Part shown: positions 28,611 to 40,216 of the stretch, piece after piece
How the letters are laid out: each line of letters starts with the position of its first letter
How positions within the stretch are numbered: the stretch's first letter is position 1
From: an uncultured Candidatus Saccharibacteria bacterium
Lineage (GTDB): Bacteria > Patescibacteriota > Minisyncoccia > Phycocordibacterales > JACOZG01
Reading direction: 5' to 3'
Assembly: GCA_964399075.1 (NCBI GenBank)
Contig: CAYNPK010000004.1
Location: 1 to 60,786 of the forward strand
Length of the DNA stretch: 60,786 nt
Notes under the pieces: generated by a model
What the model was told of the DNA's origin: nothing
Databases searched by the model: none
Seen by the model: only the letters and a program-made list of their open reading frames with translations
Translations under genes and position numbers: made by a program

Positions 28611-30461
28611 CTATAAATCTTGTAAATGTTCTTTTAATAATTCTCCCAACGCCAAGGGCAATCTGGAGACATCTTCGACGACCAAAGCATTAGGAGCATA
28701 AGTTGATAAGACTGGCGAACCACCACTAGTCAGACCAACCCCGAGAGCAACCACGCCCTTGTCTCGCAAACTCTTCAAAACCGCCTGGACTCTAGTCGGA
28801 TCATCACTGCCACCGTCGGTGAAGATAATCACAATTTTCTTCAGCTCGCCGATTTTTATCTTTATCTTCGTCTGGTCATCTAGATTGGCGTCAATAGCTT
28901 CTAGAGAATTGAAATCGGTGGTCGTTCCGGGCAAATGCCCCAAACTCTTCAACACCTCCACCCTCTCCGCCTCGCCAAGCTCGGCGGACATTTTCTTCAT
29001 CGGCGTCCTATCCTCGCCGGCACCAAAGCCGTAAATCTCCGATCTAACCTCCAGTGGCTTATCAATATTTATTTTTTCCGCCTCGCATAATTCAGCAAAC
29101 TCCTTAAGCACCTCCATCATCAGAACGGCTGACTTCTTCTGCTCCTCCGCCTTCTTGCCCCCGTCCGCCGCCATAGAGCCAGACCTATCGCACACCAGAG
29201 TAATATCTACCTCGCCAAATTTCTCACCCCGCTTCTCCTTAATTTCCGTATCTTCCCAAACTTTGGGCTGGAGATTGCCGGCCTTCACCTCCGCAACCAA
29301 TTGGGCCGGATCTACCAAGTCATCGCCCTCCTCCACGGGATACTTCGGCGCCAACATTTGCTTGAGTCTCTTAGAAATAATCCGCGAGAACAGATCTCTT
29401 AACTCTTTAAGAATGTTCACGTCCGTTTCTGGATTAACCAGCTTGTCCAACTTTTCCACCATCTTCCGATAATCTTGCAAATCCTGCTTCTCCACGCCAA
29501 TCTTGCTAGCATAATCCTGATCAGCTTGGTCAGCATTATTTTCTCCAGTCTGCGCCTCTTGCCATTCTTTGAAAGCTTTCTCTATTTCCTCCACCGGCAT
29601 CGCTTCGGGAAATTTCTTTTCCGCCTCGGCATATTCCTTCGCGAAAATTTTATTAGGGTCAGTTTCTTCGTCCTCCACTTTTTTTCCACCAGCTTCGCCT
29701 TTTTCACCCTCACCTTTTTCTGACTCTTGCTTTTCCCGCTCTTCTTCCTTTTGCTTCCGCCTATCTTCAAGATCCTTCTCCAAGAGCGCCTGCACCTTGG
29801 GCCAGATATATTTATCCTGCAACTTCAGACGCATAGACATAGTCGTTTCCGGATTAGTCATAATGTCTAGCAAACCCTCCACTTGGGCCACCTCATCCAG
29901 CGCTTGTCTTACTTCCGGCGCTACCTGGCAAGTCTCGCTCGGCACTCGCGCCTCGCGCAACAGCGCCTGGCTAAATTGAATGTGTTTGGGCTCGGCGCTA
30001 AAATCAGTCCCGGGAAATAAATTTTCTTGGTAAATCTTCGTCTCCAACTCACCCATGCCCGGATTAGTTTTAGCCACCACGGTTCGATTTTCTCTAACAT
30101 CTGCGACACAATTATCCATGAGAGAAAAAGCTTTAGAAGTCTTGATCCGTTTAAGAAATTTCTCAAACACTTTCTCCCCACCATCTTCCGACAACAGACG
30201 CGACTTTTCCATAAAGTGCTCCAACTCGTGCAAAATAGCGAAAACCGTCTTCTCTTCCGACAAGCCAAACTCGGCATAAAACATGGAATTGACATAGATA
30301 GTGTTCTTTTCTAAATCAAAAGCAAAAGTATTTAACCCCGCCGGTGCTGGCTCAACTTTAATTTCGCCTCGAGCATAGTGCTCAAAGAAGTCTCGATGTT
30401 TCTCTACTAGAGCCACCGCTTCAGCATGTTCCCTTGTCTCAATACCGCTTGGTTGTTCCAT
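28611..30461 (-). CDS. vWA-domain protein with N-terminal HExxH metallopeptidase-like motif
   Basis: ILHELEH motif; acidic linker; MIDAS DRSGSM...T...FTDG. Confidence 0.85.
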   Translation of the reverse strand: MEQPSGIETREHAEAVALVEKHRDFFEHYARGEIKVEPAPAGLNTFAFDLEKNTIYVNSMFYAEFGLSEEKTVFAILHELEHFMEKSRLLSEDGGEKVFEKFLKRIKTSKAFSLMDNCVADVRENRTVVAKTNPGMGELETKIYQENLFPGTDFSAEPKHIQFSQALLREARVPSETCQVAPEVRQALDEVAQVEGLLDIMTNPETTMSMRLKLQDKYIWPKVQALLEKDLEDRRKQKEEEREKQESEKGEGEKGEAGGKKVEDEETDPNKIFAKEYAEAEKKFPEAMPVEEIEKAFKEWQEAQTGENNADQADQDYASKIGVEKQDLQDYRKMVEKLDKLVNPETDVNILKELRDLFSRIISKRLKQMLAPKYPVEEGDDLVDPAQLVAEVKAGNLQPKVWEDTEIKEKRGEKFGEVDITLVCDRSGSMAADGGKKAEEQKKSAVLMMEVLKEFAELCEAEKINIDKPLEVRSEIYGFGAGEDRTPMKKMSAELGEAERVEVLKSLGHLPGTTTDFNSLEAIDANLDDQTKIKIKIGELKKIVIIFTDGGSDDPTRVQAVLKSLRDKGVVALGVGLTSGGSPVLSTYAPNALVVEDVSRLPLALGELLKEHLQDL

Positions 30462-30561
30462 GTGACTATTTTACTCTTTTTATTCTGTTTAACAAAAATC
30501 GTCGCAAAACACAGCAAACCCAAACCACCCCAGCTTAGGAAGCTGGGGTGGTAATCAAGGT

Positions 30562-31383
30562 TCAAATCTCAAGAAGAACGACCCGATCATCGGCACCCCA
30601 AGCACTGCCGAGCCAGCCAGCGCTACGGTGCCAAGCCGACCCATTCCAGTAAGCGTAAGGCACACACCAGCTGCCATAGGAGTCACGGAGGAGAGAACCA
30701 GGGAAGTAGAACCAAGAGCTTTTGTCTTTTAAGATGTCTGGAGTTTTGTCGGGGTTCTTCTCTAGCCAATGCCAGTATTCTACTCCAGGCAAGTGGTGGG
30801 TGTTGGCGTAGGTGTCAGTGATATATTGGAAGACTTCTGATCGTGGTTTGCCATTGTAAGCAGAGAGATCGGGAATGAAGATTTTAGCTTGTTCGAAGTC
30901 CAGAGCTTGAGTCTCGGGGTTTAAGGTGTATTCACCGAATTTGGTTTTGTCTATGTCTGTTTTCAACGTCTCGTAGTCTTGATCTTCGGGTTTGATGAGA
31001 GTGGGAGTAAAGCCAGTTTCTGGGGTACCGAAGATCTTGAGGTCGTCTTGGTATTGCTCATTGAGAGCTTCAAGGTCTAGCTCTGGTTCTTGAGGTAGCT
31101 CCTCACCAGAGTCTAGAGTAGCTTGGAGACTGTCGAGACGGTGGTCGGCTCTCGAGAGTTCTCCTTGCAGGCGGAGTTTCCTCGCTTCACCACTGCCTGG
31201 TTCTTCTCCTTCTTGGTCTTCGAATTCACCTTGGGCCAGTTTCTCATCATAGATATCCAATCTAGCAAGAGTTTGTTGACGGAGCTTGGCGATGCGTTGA
31301 GTGAGAGCTTGACGGAGAGCCTCTTGAGTTTGAGGTTCTCTCTCGTTTGCTTGAGCCAGCTGGTGGAGGGATTCTGGGATCAT
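30562..31383 (-). CDS. DGR target-like protein, copy 2
   Basis: Translation identical to 27780-28601; start overlaps the AAA+ stop (ATGA). Confidence 0.85.
   Translation of the reverse strand: MIPESLHQLAQANEREPQTQEALRQALTQRIAKLRQQTLARLDIYDEKLAQGEFEDQEGEEPGSGEARKLRLQGELSRADHRLDSLQATLDSGEELPQEPELDLEALNEQYQDDLKIFGTPETGFTPTLIKPEDQDYETLKTDIDKTKFGEYTLNPETQALDFEQAKIFIPDLSAYNGKPRSEVFQYITDTYANTHHLPGVEYWHWLEKNPDKTPDILKDKSSWFYFPGSLLRDSYGSWCVPYAYWNGSAWHRSAGWLGSAWGADDRVVLLEI
30569..30699 (-). repeat. DGR variable region, allele A (duplicate)
   Basis: Same sequence as 27787-27917. Confidence 0.85.
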
Positions 31384-33707
31384 ATTTTTTCAAGAAGAAC
31401 GACCCGACCATGGGCATCCCAAGCATTGCCGAGCCAGCGAGCGCTACGGTCCCAAGCCGACCCACCCCAGCCAGCGTAAGGCACATCCCAGCTGCCATAG
31501 GAGCCACGGAGGAGAGAACCGAACTGGTAATAATAATTTCCATCTTTAAACTGGGTGGGGACTTTATCCGGATTTTCTAGTATAAACTTCCAATATTCAA
31601 TCCCGGGCAACTTATATCTGTCAGAATAAGTATCAATCAGATGTTTAGCCACTTCTGCTAGAGGTTCGCCTTCAAGAGCCGAGAGGTCCGGTATGTAAAT
31701 CTTGTCTCTAAGCGCCTCCCAATCTAAGTTCTGGGTATCAGGATTTATGGTAAACTCTCCAAATTTAGAAATATCAACATCAGCCTGACGAGTTGGATAG
31801 TCTATAGTGTCTGGATTGATAATTTCCGTCTTAATAGTGACATTGTTAATTTTATCAGCCTCTACTCCCCATTTTCCATAAGTTTCTTTAAGAAAGGGGG
31901 TAAATTCAATGGTGGGGTCCTCAACAACCCCTAATTCTCCTCTCAATGACCGACTGAAGTCATCAACACCGCCTACTTGTTCATTACCCAGAAGCGCTTC
32001 GGCTTGGTCTCTTAATAAGTTAGCTCTCCGACCGAAGGGATCAAGCATCGCCACCTCCTTAAGCGAGAGGTGCTTGGTGTCACCAGATTTGGCTTGGAGC
32101 TCTTCTACGGCCTCGGCGCCTCTCAACCTCTTGATCGTGTTGAATTGGAAAATGTCCTCCGGTAAATCTAAATCTTTTTTGGCATCTAAAGTCAGCAAAA
32201 AGCCTTTCGAGGCCAGAATCTTAGCGACTAAGATTCTATCTTCTTTTGGATATTCCTTAAAAGTCAAAGCAGTCTTAAATCTTTCATCTAGAAATTCGGC
32301 GAAACTTCTCTCTTTTTTACCAGTTTGTTTTTCGATAAGCCAGGAAGACAATATCGCCTCCACCGAACCTTGGGTCATCACAAACTTTTTCAAAGAATAC
32401 ATCTTGCCGGAAGCATCCATTGCCCCCGACCGTCTTGCCACCTCTTTATCAGTTTCATTAGTATAACTTTCTTGAATTTCTGACATCACTCGGCAAAGAT
32501 TCGGAAGTGTCGTGTTGAGATCGTGAAAAGACATATCAAGAGAGCCGTCGCGATTCAGAAGTCTAGCCAGTATGATGTCATAGGCCTCATCAGGAGGGGT
32601 ATATTTAACTTCCAAATTGTTTTGCTCGAATTCGCGAGCGATCTCGGGTGGTAAATCTTGTCGTTCGGGATTCTTTTCCGACTTCAAGTTAGCAGTGAAG
32701 ATCATTTGGAAACCGGGGGCAATTTCCACTATACCGTTACCAACAATGTTTATCTTATCGCCCACCCTGGCGTTAAAAACACCCTTGATGAAAACCATTT
32801 GCTCTTTCGGCAAAGCCGTAAATTCATCGAAAATAACCGTCTTACCCTCTGCCATGGCCTTAGCCAAAGGTCCATAAATTTCCACCGTTTCTATCGCTCC
32901 ACTCTTAGTCGGCTTGATACCGGTCTTACCCCAAACATTTGATTCTTTAGTCTGCGGATTACAAAATACCATCTCCGGATCTTTACCAGTGAAGTGCCTG
33001 GCGGCATAACGCGCCAAAGAAGTTTTTCCCGTACCGGTTGGACCATGCAGAAACATCGGTTTGCCGGTCAACATTCTATCGCCGATTGCTTCTAAGTCTC
33101 TTTCCACACTTGGCGTAATGCAAATGTGACCACTCTGCGCCAAATTTTCTTTATATTCCACAATTTCAGCTTGACGTAGCACGACCATGTCCACTTTTGA
33201 TAATTCTTTTTCACTTTTTTCGATTTCTTCATTTATTTTCTTTAAACGCCCTTCGTGTCTTTTTTTCTTAGCTTGTGATGTGTCCGAACTCAAAATCTCT
33301 AGCATTATTTGCACTCTATAATCTTTTAACGAAGCGATGTTTGCCAATAAATCTTTCGGCTCTTTAATTTCTGGCGATTCCTGTAAGATAGAATCGTAAT
33401 CAATACCACTTAATTCGTCTAAGATTTTCTGTTCATATTCACTTTTTTGTTTATTTAAAAAAGTTTTTGCCCCACTTAACCCACCATAATCAGCAACTTT
33501 AAAAGCATCCGCTTGCTTATTTTTTTCTTCCAAAGAATCAATCTCATCGGCGACAAGAATTTCTCCCGAAGATTTTTTCAACTTCCCCTCCTTGATCTTA
33601 TTTTTAAGTCCAGAAATAACTTCTCTGAACTCCCTTCTTTCTTCAGAAACCTCATGAAAATTGGTCGGATTTTCTGGTTCCGGACTTACTTCAGGTATTT
33701 TTTCCAT
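31380..33707 (-). CDS. MoxR/dynein-related AAA+ ATPase with C-terminal DGR-variable (CLec-type) domain
   Basis: Walker A GPTGTGKT, Walker B VIFDE, FQMIFTAN; C-terminal VR. Likely start ATG 33707, 6 nt after TGTTATTAT. Confidence 0.9.
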   Translation of the reverse strand: MEKIPEVSPEPENPTNFHEVSEERREFREVISGLKNKIKEGKLKKSSGEILVADEIDSLEEKNKQADAFKVADYGGLSGAKTFLNKQKSEYEQKILDELSGIDYDSILQESPEIKEPKDLLANIASLKDYRVQIMLEILSSDTSQAKKKRHEGRLKKINEEIEKSEKELSKVDMVVLRQAEIVEYKENLAQSGHICITPSVERDLEAIGDRMLTGKPMFLHGPTGTGKTSLARYAARHFTGKDPEMVFCNPQTKESNVWGKTGIKPTKSGAIETVEIYGPLAKAMAEGKTVIFDEFTALPKEQMVFIKGVFNARVGDKINIVGNGIVEIAPGFQMIFTANLKSEKNPERQDLPPEIAREFEQNNLEVKYTPPDEAYDIILARLLNRDGSLDMSFHDLNTTLPNLCRVMSEIQESYTNETDKEVARRSGAMDASGKMYSLKKFVMTQGSVEAILSSWLIEKQTGKKERSFAEFLDERFKTALTFKEYPKEDRILVAKILASKGFLLTLDAKKDLDLPEDIFQFNTIKRLRGAEAVEELQAKSGDTKHLSLKEVAMLDPFGRRANLLRDQAEALLGNEQVGGVDDFSRSLRGELGVVEDPTIEFTPFLKETYGKWGVEADKINNVTIKTEIINPDTIDYPTRQADVDISKFGEFTINPDTQNLDWEALRDKIYIPDLSALEGEPLAEVAKHLIDTYSDRYKLPGIEYWKFILENPDKVPTQFKDGNYYYQFGSLLRGSYGSWDVPYAGWGGSAWDRSARWLGNAWDAHGRVVLLEKI
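31390..31520 (-). repeat. DGR variable region, allele B
   Basis: 118/131 identical to allele A, while the flanking paralogous sequence is far more diverged. Confidence 0.88.
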
Positions 33708-33763
33708 AACCACATAATAACACTATCAAAATGTTTTGAAAAACCAGGAGATTACCCGAGATT

Positions 33764-33839
33764 TGGAGCCACCTCGCGGGGTTGAACCGCGGACCCCCAC
33801 TTTACGAAAGTGGTGCTCTACCAACTGAGCTAAGGTGGC
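33764..33839 (-). tRNA. tRNA-Thr(CGT)
   Basis: CCACT-TTCGTAA-AGTGG anticodon arm; cloverleaf with CCA. Confidence 0.95.
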
Positions 33840-33849
33840 CTGACACCTA

Positions 33850-33925
33850 TGGAGCCGATGCGCAGAATTGAACTGCGGACCTTTCCCTTACCATGGGAGT
33901 GCTCTACCAACTGAGCTACATCGGC
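33850..33925 (-). tRNA. tRNA-Thr(GGT)
   Basis: CTCCC-ATGGTAA-GGGAA anticodon arm; cloverleaf with CCA. Confidence 0.95.
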
Positions 33926-33946
33926 TTTGTCTCCTTCACTAACAAG

Positions 33947-34020
33947 CGCGACCGACCGGACTTGAACCGGCAACCTCTCGCGTGACAGGCGAGTGCTCTA
34001 ACCAGTTGAGCTACGATCGC
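33947..34020 (-). tRNA. tRNA-Asp(GTC)
   Basis: CTCGC-CTGTCAC-GCGAG anticodon arm; CCA not encoded. Confidence 0.95.
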
Positions 34021-34044
34021 AATATTAATCTAATTAAAGACCGG

Positions 34045-34118
34045 TGCCGGCGGGTGGAATTGAACCACCGACCTTGGGCTTATGAGTCCCACGCTCTAAC
34101 CAACTGAGCTACACCGGC
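34045..34118 (-). tRNA. tRNA with CAT anticodon (elongator Met or Ile2)
   Basis: TGGGA-CTCATAA-GCCCA arm, paired 1:72; Met vs Ile2 cannot be resolved by eye. Confidence 0.9.
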
Positions 34119-34163
34119 GCCAAATTATTGTAGCAAAAAGCTCTAAGAAGATAAAGACTAAAC

Positions 34164-34237
34164 TGGTTGCGGGGCCGGGATTTGCACCCGGGTCTCGAGG
34201 TTATGAGCCTCGCGAATTACTGTTACTCTACCCCGCG
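34164..34237 (-). tRNA. Initiator-type tRNA-Met(CAT), atypical D and T loops
   Basis: C1:A72 mismatch, A11:U24, CTCATAA loop, CCA. Confidence 0.88.
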
Positions 34238-34277
34238 ATAGAAGATATCCTTATTATACCAAGAAAGGCAAAATTAT

Positions 34278-34835
34278 TCAAATATAACGGAAATCCTCGA
34301 AAATCCGTTGATAATACTGGATGGCTCGGCGAGCTTCGCGGGCGCTTAAGTCATAATTGGGCTCATGGGCGATCCGGTTACGCACCTTGTGCGCCTCCCA
34401 AGCCTTATCAAGATCGGGGAAATCGCTAGGCTCTATCTTCTTCAACCTCTCACCTAAATTATCACCGAAATGAGGATAGAGACCAGCAATCATCTCATCG
34501 AGCATAGCATCGGCCTCCAACACAGCCAACTTCCAATCAGAGGACTCGCTAGAGGCAATCTGTTCGCAAATTCTATCCCAATGTTGGCGGTTAGCGTTAG
34601 GCGGTGGGATGTTAGTAGTCAGACTATGATCGGCAATTATTTTCTGCTCACGATTTAATTTGCTTAAACGACGATAGACGCGAATAATGCCAAAGAGAAA
34701 GATAGGAACCAGAAGAGACAGGCCGACCATGATGATGACACCAAGCGCTTTTAATTTAACGAAGAGCCAAGACCAGTCGCCAACAAGCAATTGATAAGCT
34801 TTGAAATAAAGAAATTCTAAATTAAGAAAGGACAT
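34278..34835 (-). CDS. Hypothetical membrane protein
   Basis: TM helix then WKLAVLEADAMLD...GERLK...AWEAHKVRNRIAHE; likely start ATG 34835. Confidence 0.7.
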   Translation of the reverse strand: MSFLNLEFLYFKAYQLLVGDWSWLFVKLKALGVIIMVGLSLLVPIFLFGIIRVYRRLSKLNREQKIIADHSLTTNIPPPNANRQHWDRICEQIASSESSDWKLAVLEADAMLDEMIAGLYPHFGDNLGERLKKIEPSDFPDLDKAWEAHKVRNRIAHEPNYDLSAREARRAIQYYQRIFEDFRYI

Positions 34836-36218
34836 GATCAAAAAGTTGTTTACCAAGGGAAAATAATCTCTCCTCTTGGAAATGTGGAGCAATGATTTGC
34901 AGACCAAAAGGCAAATTGTTTTTATCTCTCCCACTCGGGATAGATAGGGCCGGTACGCCGCTTAAATTAACCGGCACAGTGAAGATATCCTCCAAGTACA
35001 TTTGCAAAGGATCAGCCGTCTTCTCGCCGAAACGGAAAGCGGTGGTCGGCGCTGTAGGAGTGATGATCAAATCGATTTGCGAAAAAGCGCGCTGTAAATC
35101 TTGTTTAATCAATTTCTGAACTTGTTTAGCTTTAGCATAATAAGCGTCATAATAACCGGCTGACAAGACATAAGTGCCGAGAATAATCCGCCGCCGCGCC
35201 TCCGCACCGAAGCCCTCACCACGAGTTTGCAAATAATCAGCTAATAAGCTATCTCCTCCTCGATGCAGGCCATAACGAACACCGTCAAACCGCGCTAAAT
35301 TAGAAGAGACTTCCGCGGGCATAATGACATAGTAACAAGCTAAAGAATATTGGAAGGCTGGTAAATTAATTTCTACAATCTGATGACCAAGAGCTTCTAT
35401 TTTCTTGAGGTTAAGCTCAAAGTTGGCTAAGACTTCCGGATCAACACCCTGATTCAAGAAACTCCTAGGCACGCCGATTGTTAGTTTAGATTTGGGAACA
35501 GTTGTTGATGTTGGCAACTCGACGGAGGTAGCGTCGAGAGAATCAAGGCCACTAATTATCTTAAATAAAATTTCAGCATCAGCGACGGTTTGGGTTAGAG
35601 GGCCAATTTGATCTAGCGACGAAGCCATCGCAATTAAGCCAGAACGCGAAACGGCGCCATAAGTTGGTTTGAGACCAACCACTCCGCAAAAACTAGCCGG
35701 TTGGCGGATAGAACCACCGGTATCGGAGCCAAGAGAAGCGACGCACAAATCGGCGGCGACAGCTACCGCCGAACCACCAGAAGAACCACCGGGAACTCGC
35801 TCCAAGTCATGGGGATTCCTAGTCGGTCCGTAGGCGGAATTTTCCGTAGAGGAACCCATGGCAAATTCGTCCATATTGGTCCGACCGAGAAAGATCGCTC
35901 CGGCCGATTTCAATTTCCTGATCACGGTCGCATCATAGCTTGCTTCGTAATTCTCCAACATTCTGGAAGCCGCGGAAACTCGACGACCCTTGATTAAAAT
36001 ATTATCTTTAATCGCCAGTGGCACACCCAGGAGAGGCGATTTGTCTCCTCGCTTTAATTTCTCATCGGCTAATTTAGCTTGTTCCAGAACATCGGGGAAA
36101 ACTTCCAAATAGGCGTTGAGTTTAGGATTATTGACGGCAATTTTAGCCAAATAAGTTTCCGCCAAATTGCTGGCGCTTAATTTGCCTGATTGTAGATTAG
36201 CAGATGCCTCGGCAATAG

Positions 36219-36222
<4 letters not shown>
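34822..36222 (-). CDS. gatA: Asp/Glu-tRNA amidotransferase subunit A
   Basis: GRTNMDEFAMGSS, PGGSSGGSA, SDTGGSIRQPA, RRRIILGTY. Confidence 0.97.
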
Positions 36223-38572
<2,350 letters not shown>

Positions 38573-38577
38573 TTATT

Positions 38578-39132
38578 TTAAAGATTGCCAATCGTCACAG
38601 TCCTTTGGATAGTTCTATCAGAAACCGGATAACAATGTTCATCGGGATAAGAATCGTCATAATTATTATAACCATCAGCAGTGATAGTATAAAGATCCGC
38701 CTTCGTGTCTTTCTTAATTGTTACTTCCGCGCAAGTTGATCTATCTGAATCATTATAAACAACCGTAAATGCAGTAATTTGATAATCCCCAGACTCGCTG
38801 TACTCAGGAGCGCTTGTTGAATTTCCGCAATTTACAGAAACAGCAGTGTCCGGCAATGTCCACACTGATGTAGCTGGACTTGATACCGTGGTACCAAAAT
38901 AGCCAAAGGGGTTTCCTAATTTAGAACGCAGCTTGTGTTTATTGTAATATTGAGTACATTCCGCAGCGCTAGAGGCGGTGTAGAAGGCCAGTTGAGAATC
39001 TCGGGCCAAGAGGGAGAGAAGGATTTGTTTGTAGGTAATGTTCATCAGAGAAAGGCTAATGGTGAGAACAATGCTCACGAGAAGAACCGAGAAGAGGATG
39101 GCGACACCTTGTTGATGATTTTGTCTTAACAT
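38578..39132 (-). CDS. Minor pilin, PilX/GspK-like
   Basis: QQGVAILFSVLLV class III signal without E5; AFYTASSAAEC. Confidence 0.75.
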   Translation of the reverse strand: MLRQNHQQGVAILFSVLLVSIVLTISLSLMNITYKQILLSLLARDSQLAFYTASSAAECTQYYNKHKLRSKLGNPFGYFGTTVSSPATSVWTLPDTAVSVNCGNSTSAPEYSESGDYQITAFTVVYNDSDRSTCAEVTIKKDTKADLYTITADGYNNYDDSYPDEHCYPVSDRTIQRTVTIGNL

Positions 39133-39135
39133 AAA

Positions 39136-39603
39136 TTATTTATACAAATAAGTTTGCAAAATTAGAGAACGAGAAGCTAATCTATTATACCAATCAACCT
39201 GAACTCTTACTTTAGCTTGATGAGTCCCGACCATTTCAATAAAAATTTTACGACCAAAATTAATACCGTTGAGTTCATAAGAACAAGGAGAGGCGTCACA
39301 ATCGCTAAAGGTTAAATTATCAATATTGATGTCACAACCATCATCAGTATCGCAATCAAAACCATCAAAACCAGATTTACCAGCGAAAATATTATTTTGA
39401 TTAAAATTAGTAATTAATTCCAAAGCCTCTTGAGCTAGAAAGTTGGCGGCAATCTGGTTGCGAGCAAATAAGCCATCGGCAATACCCCGACCCAAAATAG
39501 AGAGGGGTCCGACAACGCCAATCAAGAGAATAGTAATTGCCACCATCGCCTCAACTAGAGTGAAACCGGATTGATGACTTGGAAGATGACGAAAATTAAA
39601 CAT
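39136..39603 (-). CDS. Minor pilin, PilV-like
   Basis: SGFTLVEAMVAI prepilin motif; AANFLAQEALE. Confidence 0.82.
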   Translation of the reverse strand: MFNFRHLPSHQSGFTLVEAMVAITILLIGVVGPLSILGRGIADGLFARNQIAANFLAQEALELITNFNQNNIFAGKSGFDGFDCDTDDGCDINIDNLTFSDCDASPCSYELNGINFGRKIFIEMVGTHQAKVRVQVDWYNRLASRSLILQTYLYK

Positions 39604-39609
39604 AAATAA

Positions 39610-40185
39610 TTATTTTCCAACGCGCGCTGAAATAACAGTTTGAATTGAGAAAGGTACTTTCTCTTGACCGACCTGAGCCTCACCTGTGACAGAGATAGAC
39701 GCTCGGGGGATACTACGCAACTCAGGAGAAGGTGGCGGTAATGAAGGATTAGGTGAATCAAAAACACGGACACTGAAATCAGAGATCTCAATATTATCCG
39801 CAATAATTTGTCTTGCTGTTTCACTATTCTTCCTATACATCAACTTATCTGCTCCTCCAACACCGCCTAACCAATAATAAAGATCCTGATTATCTTCAGA
39901 TTTGAAAGTAACACCTTGATCACTGCAATTACCATCAGGGCCTGGATAAGTAACACCTACTCCACCGTTTAAACAAGCATAAGCGTTCCCGCGCTTCATT
40001 TTGATAGAGATACTATCTAGGGCAAAATTGAGATTATCCATCGCCAGCTTGATCGCTTGAGCGCGTTGATTAACTCGATGCGCAGTGAGGAGAGCGCCGA
40101 TACAGATAGTGGCCACGATGACGAAGATAGAAATCGCTACCATAATCTCCACCAAGGTAAAGCCGTCTTGAGACTGTTTGACCAT
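39610..40185 (-). CDS. Minor pilin, PilW-like
   Basis: DGFTLVEIMVAI prepilin motif. Confidence 0.82.
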   Translation of the reverse strand: MVKQSQDGFTLVEIMVAISIFVIVATICIGALLTAHRVNQRAQAIKLAMDNLNFALDSISIKMKRGNAYACLNGGVGVTYPGPDGNCSDQGVTFKSEDNQDLYYWLGGVGGADKLMYRKNSETARQIIADNIEISDFSVRVFDSPNPSLPPPSPELRSIPRASISVTGEAQVGQEKVPFSIQTVISARVGK

Positions 40186-40216
40186 TATTTAATTATAGCA
40201 CAAGATCTAACTTGAT

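Larger units (their letters stand above)
30523..31386. repeat. 864-bp direct repeat, copy 2
   Basis: Matches 27741-28604. Confidence 0.95.

Noticed and set aside
28611-28750. Variable region at the vWA C-terminus
   Set aside because: No similarity to the VRs, and third-position adenines are present.
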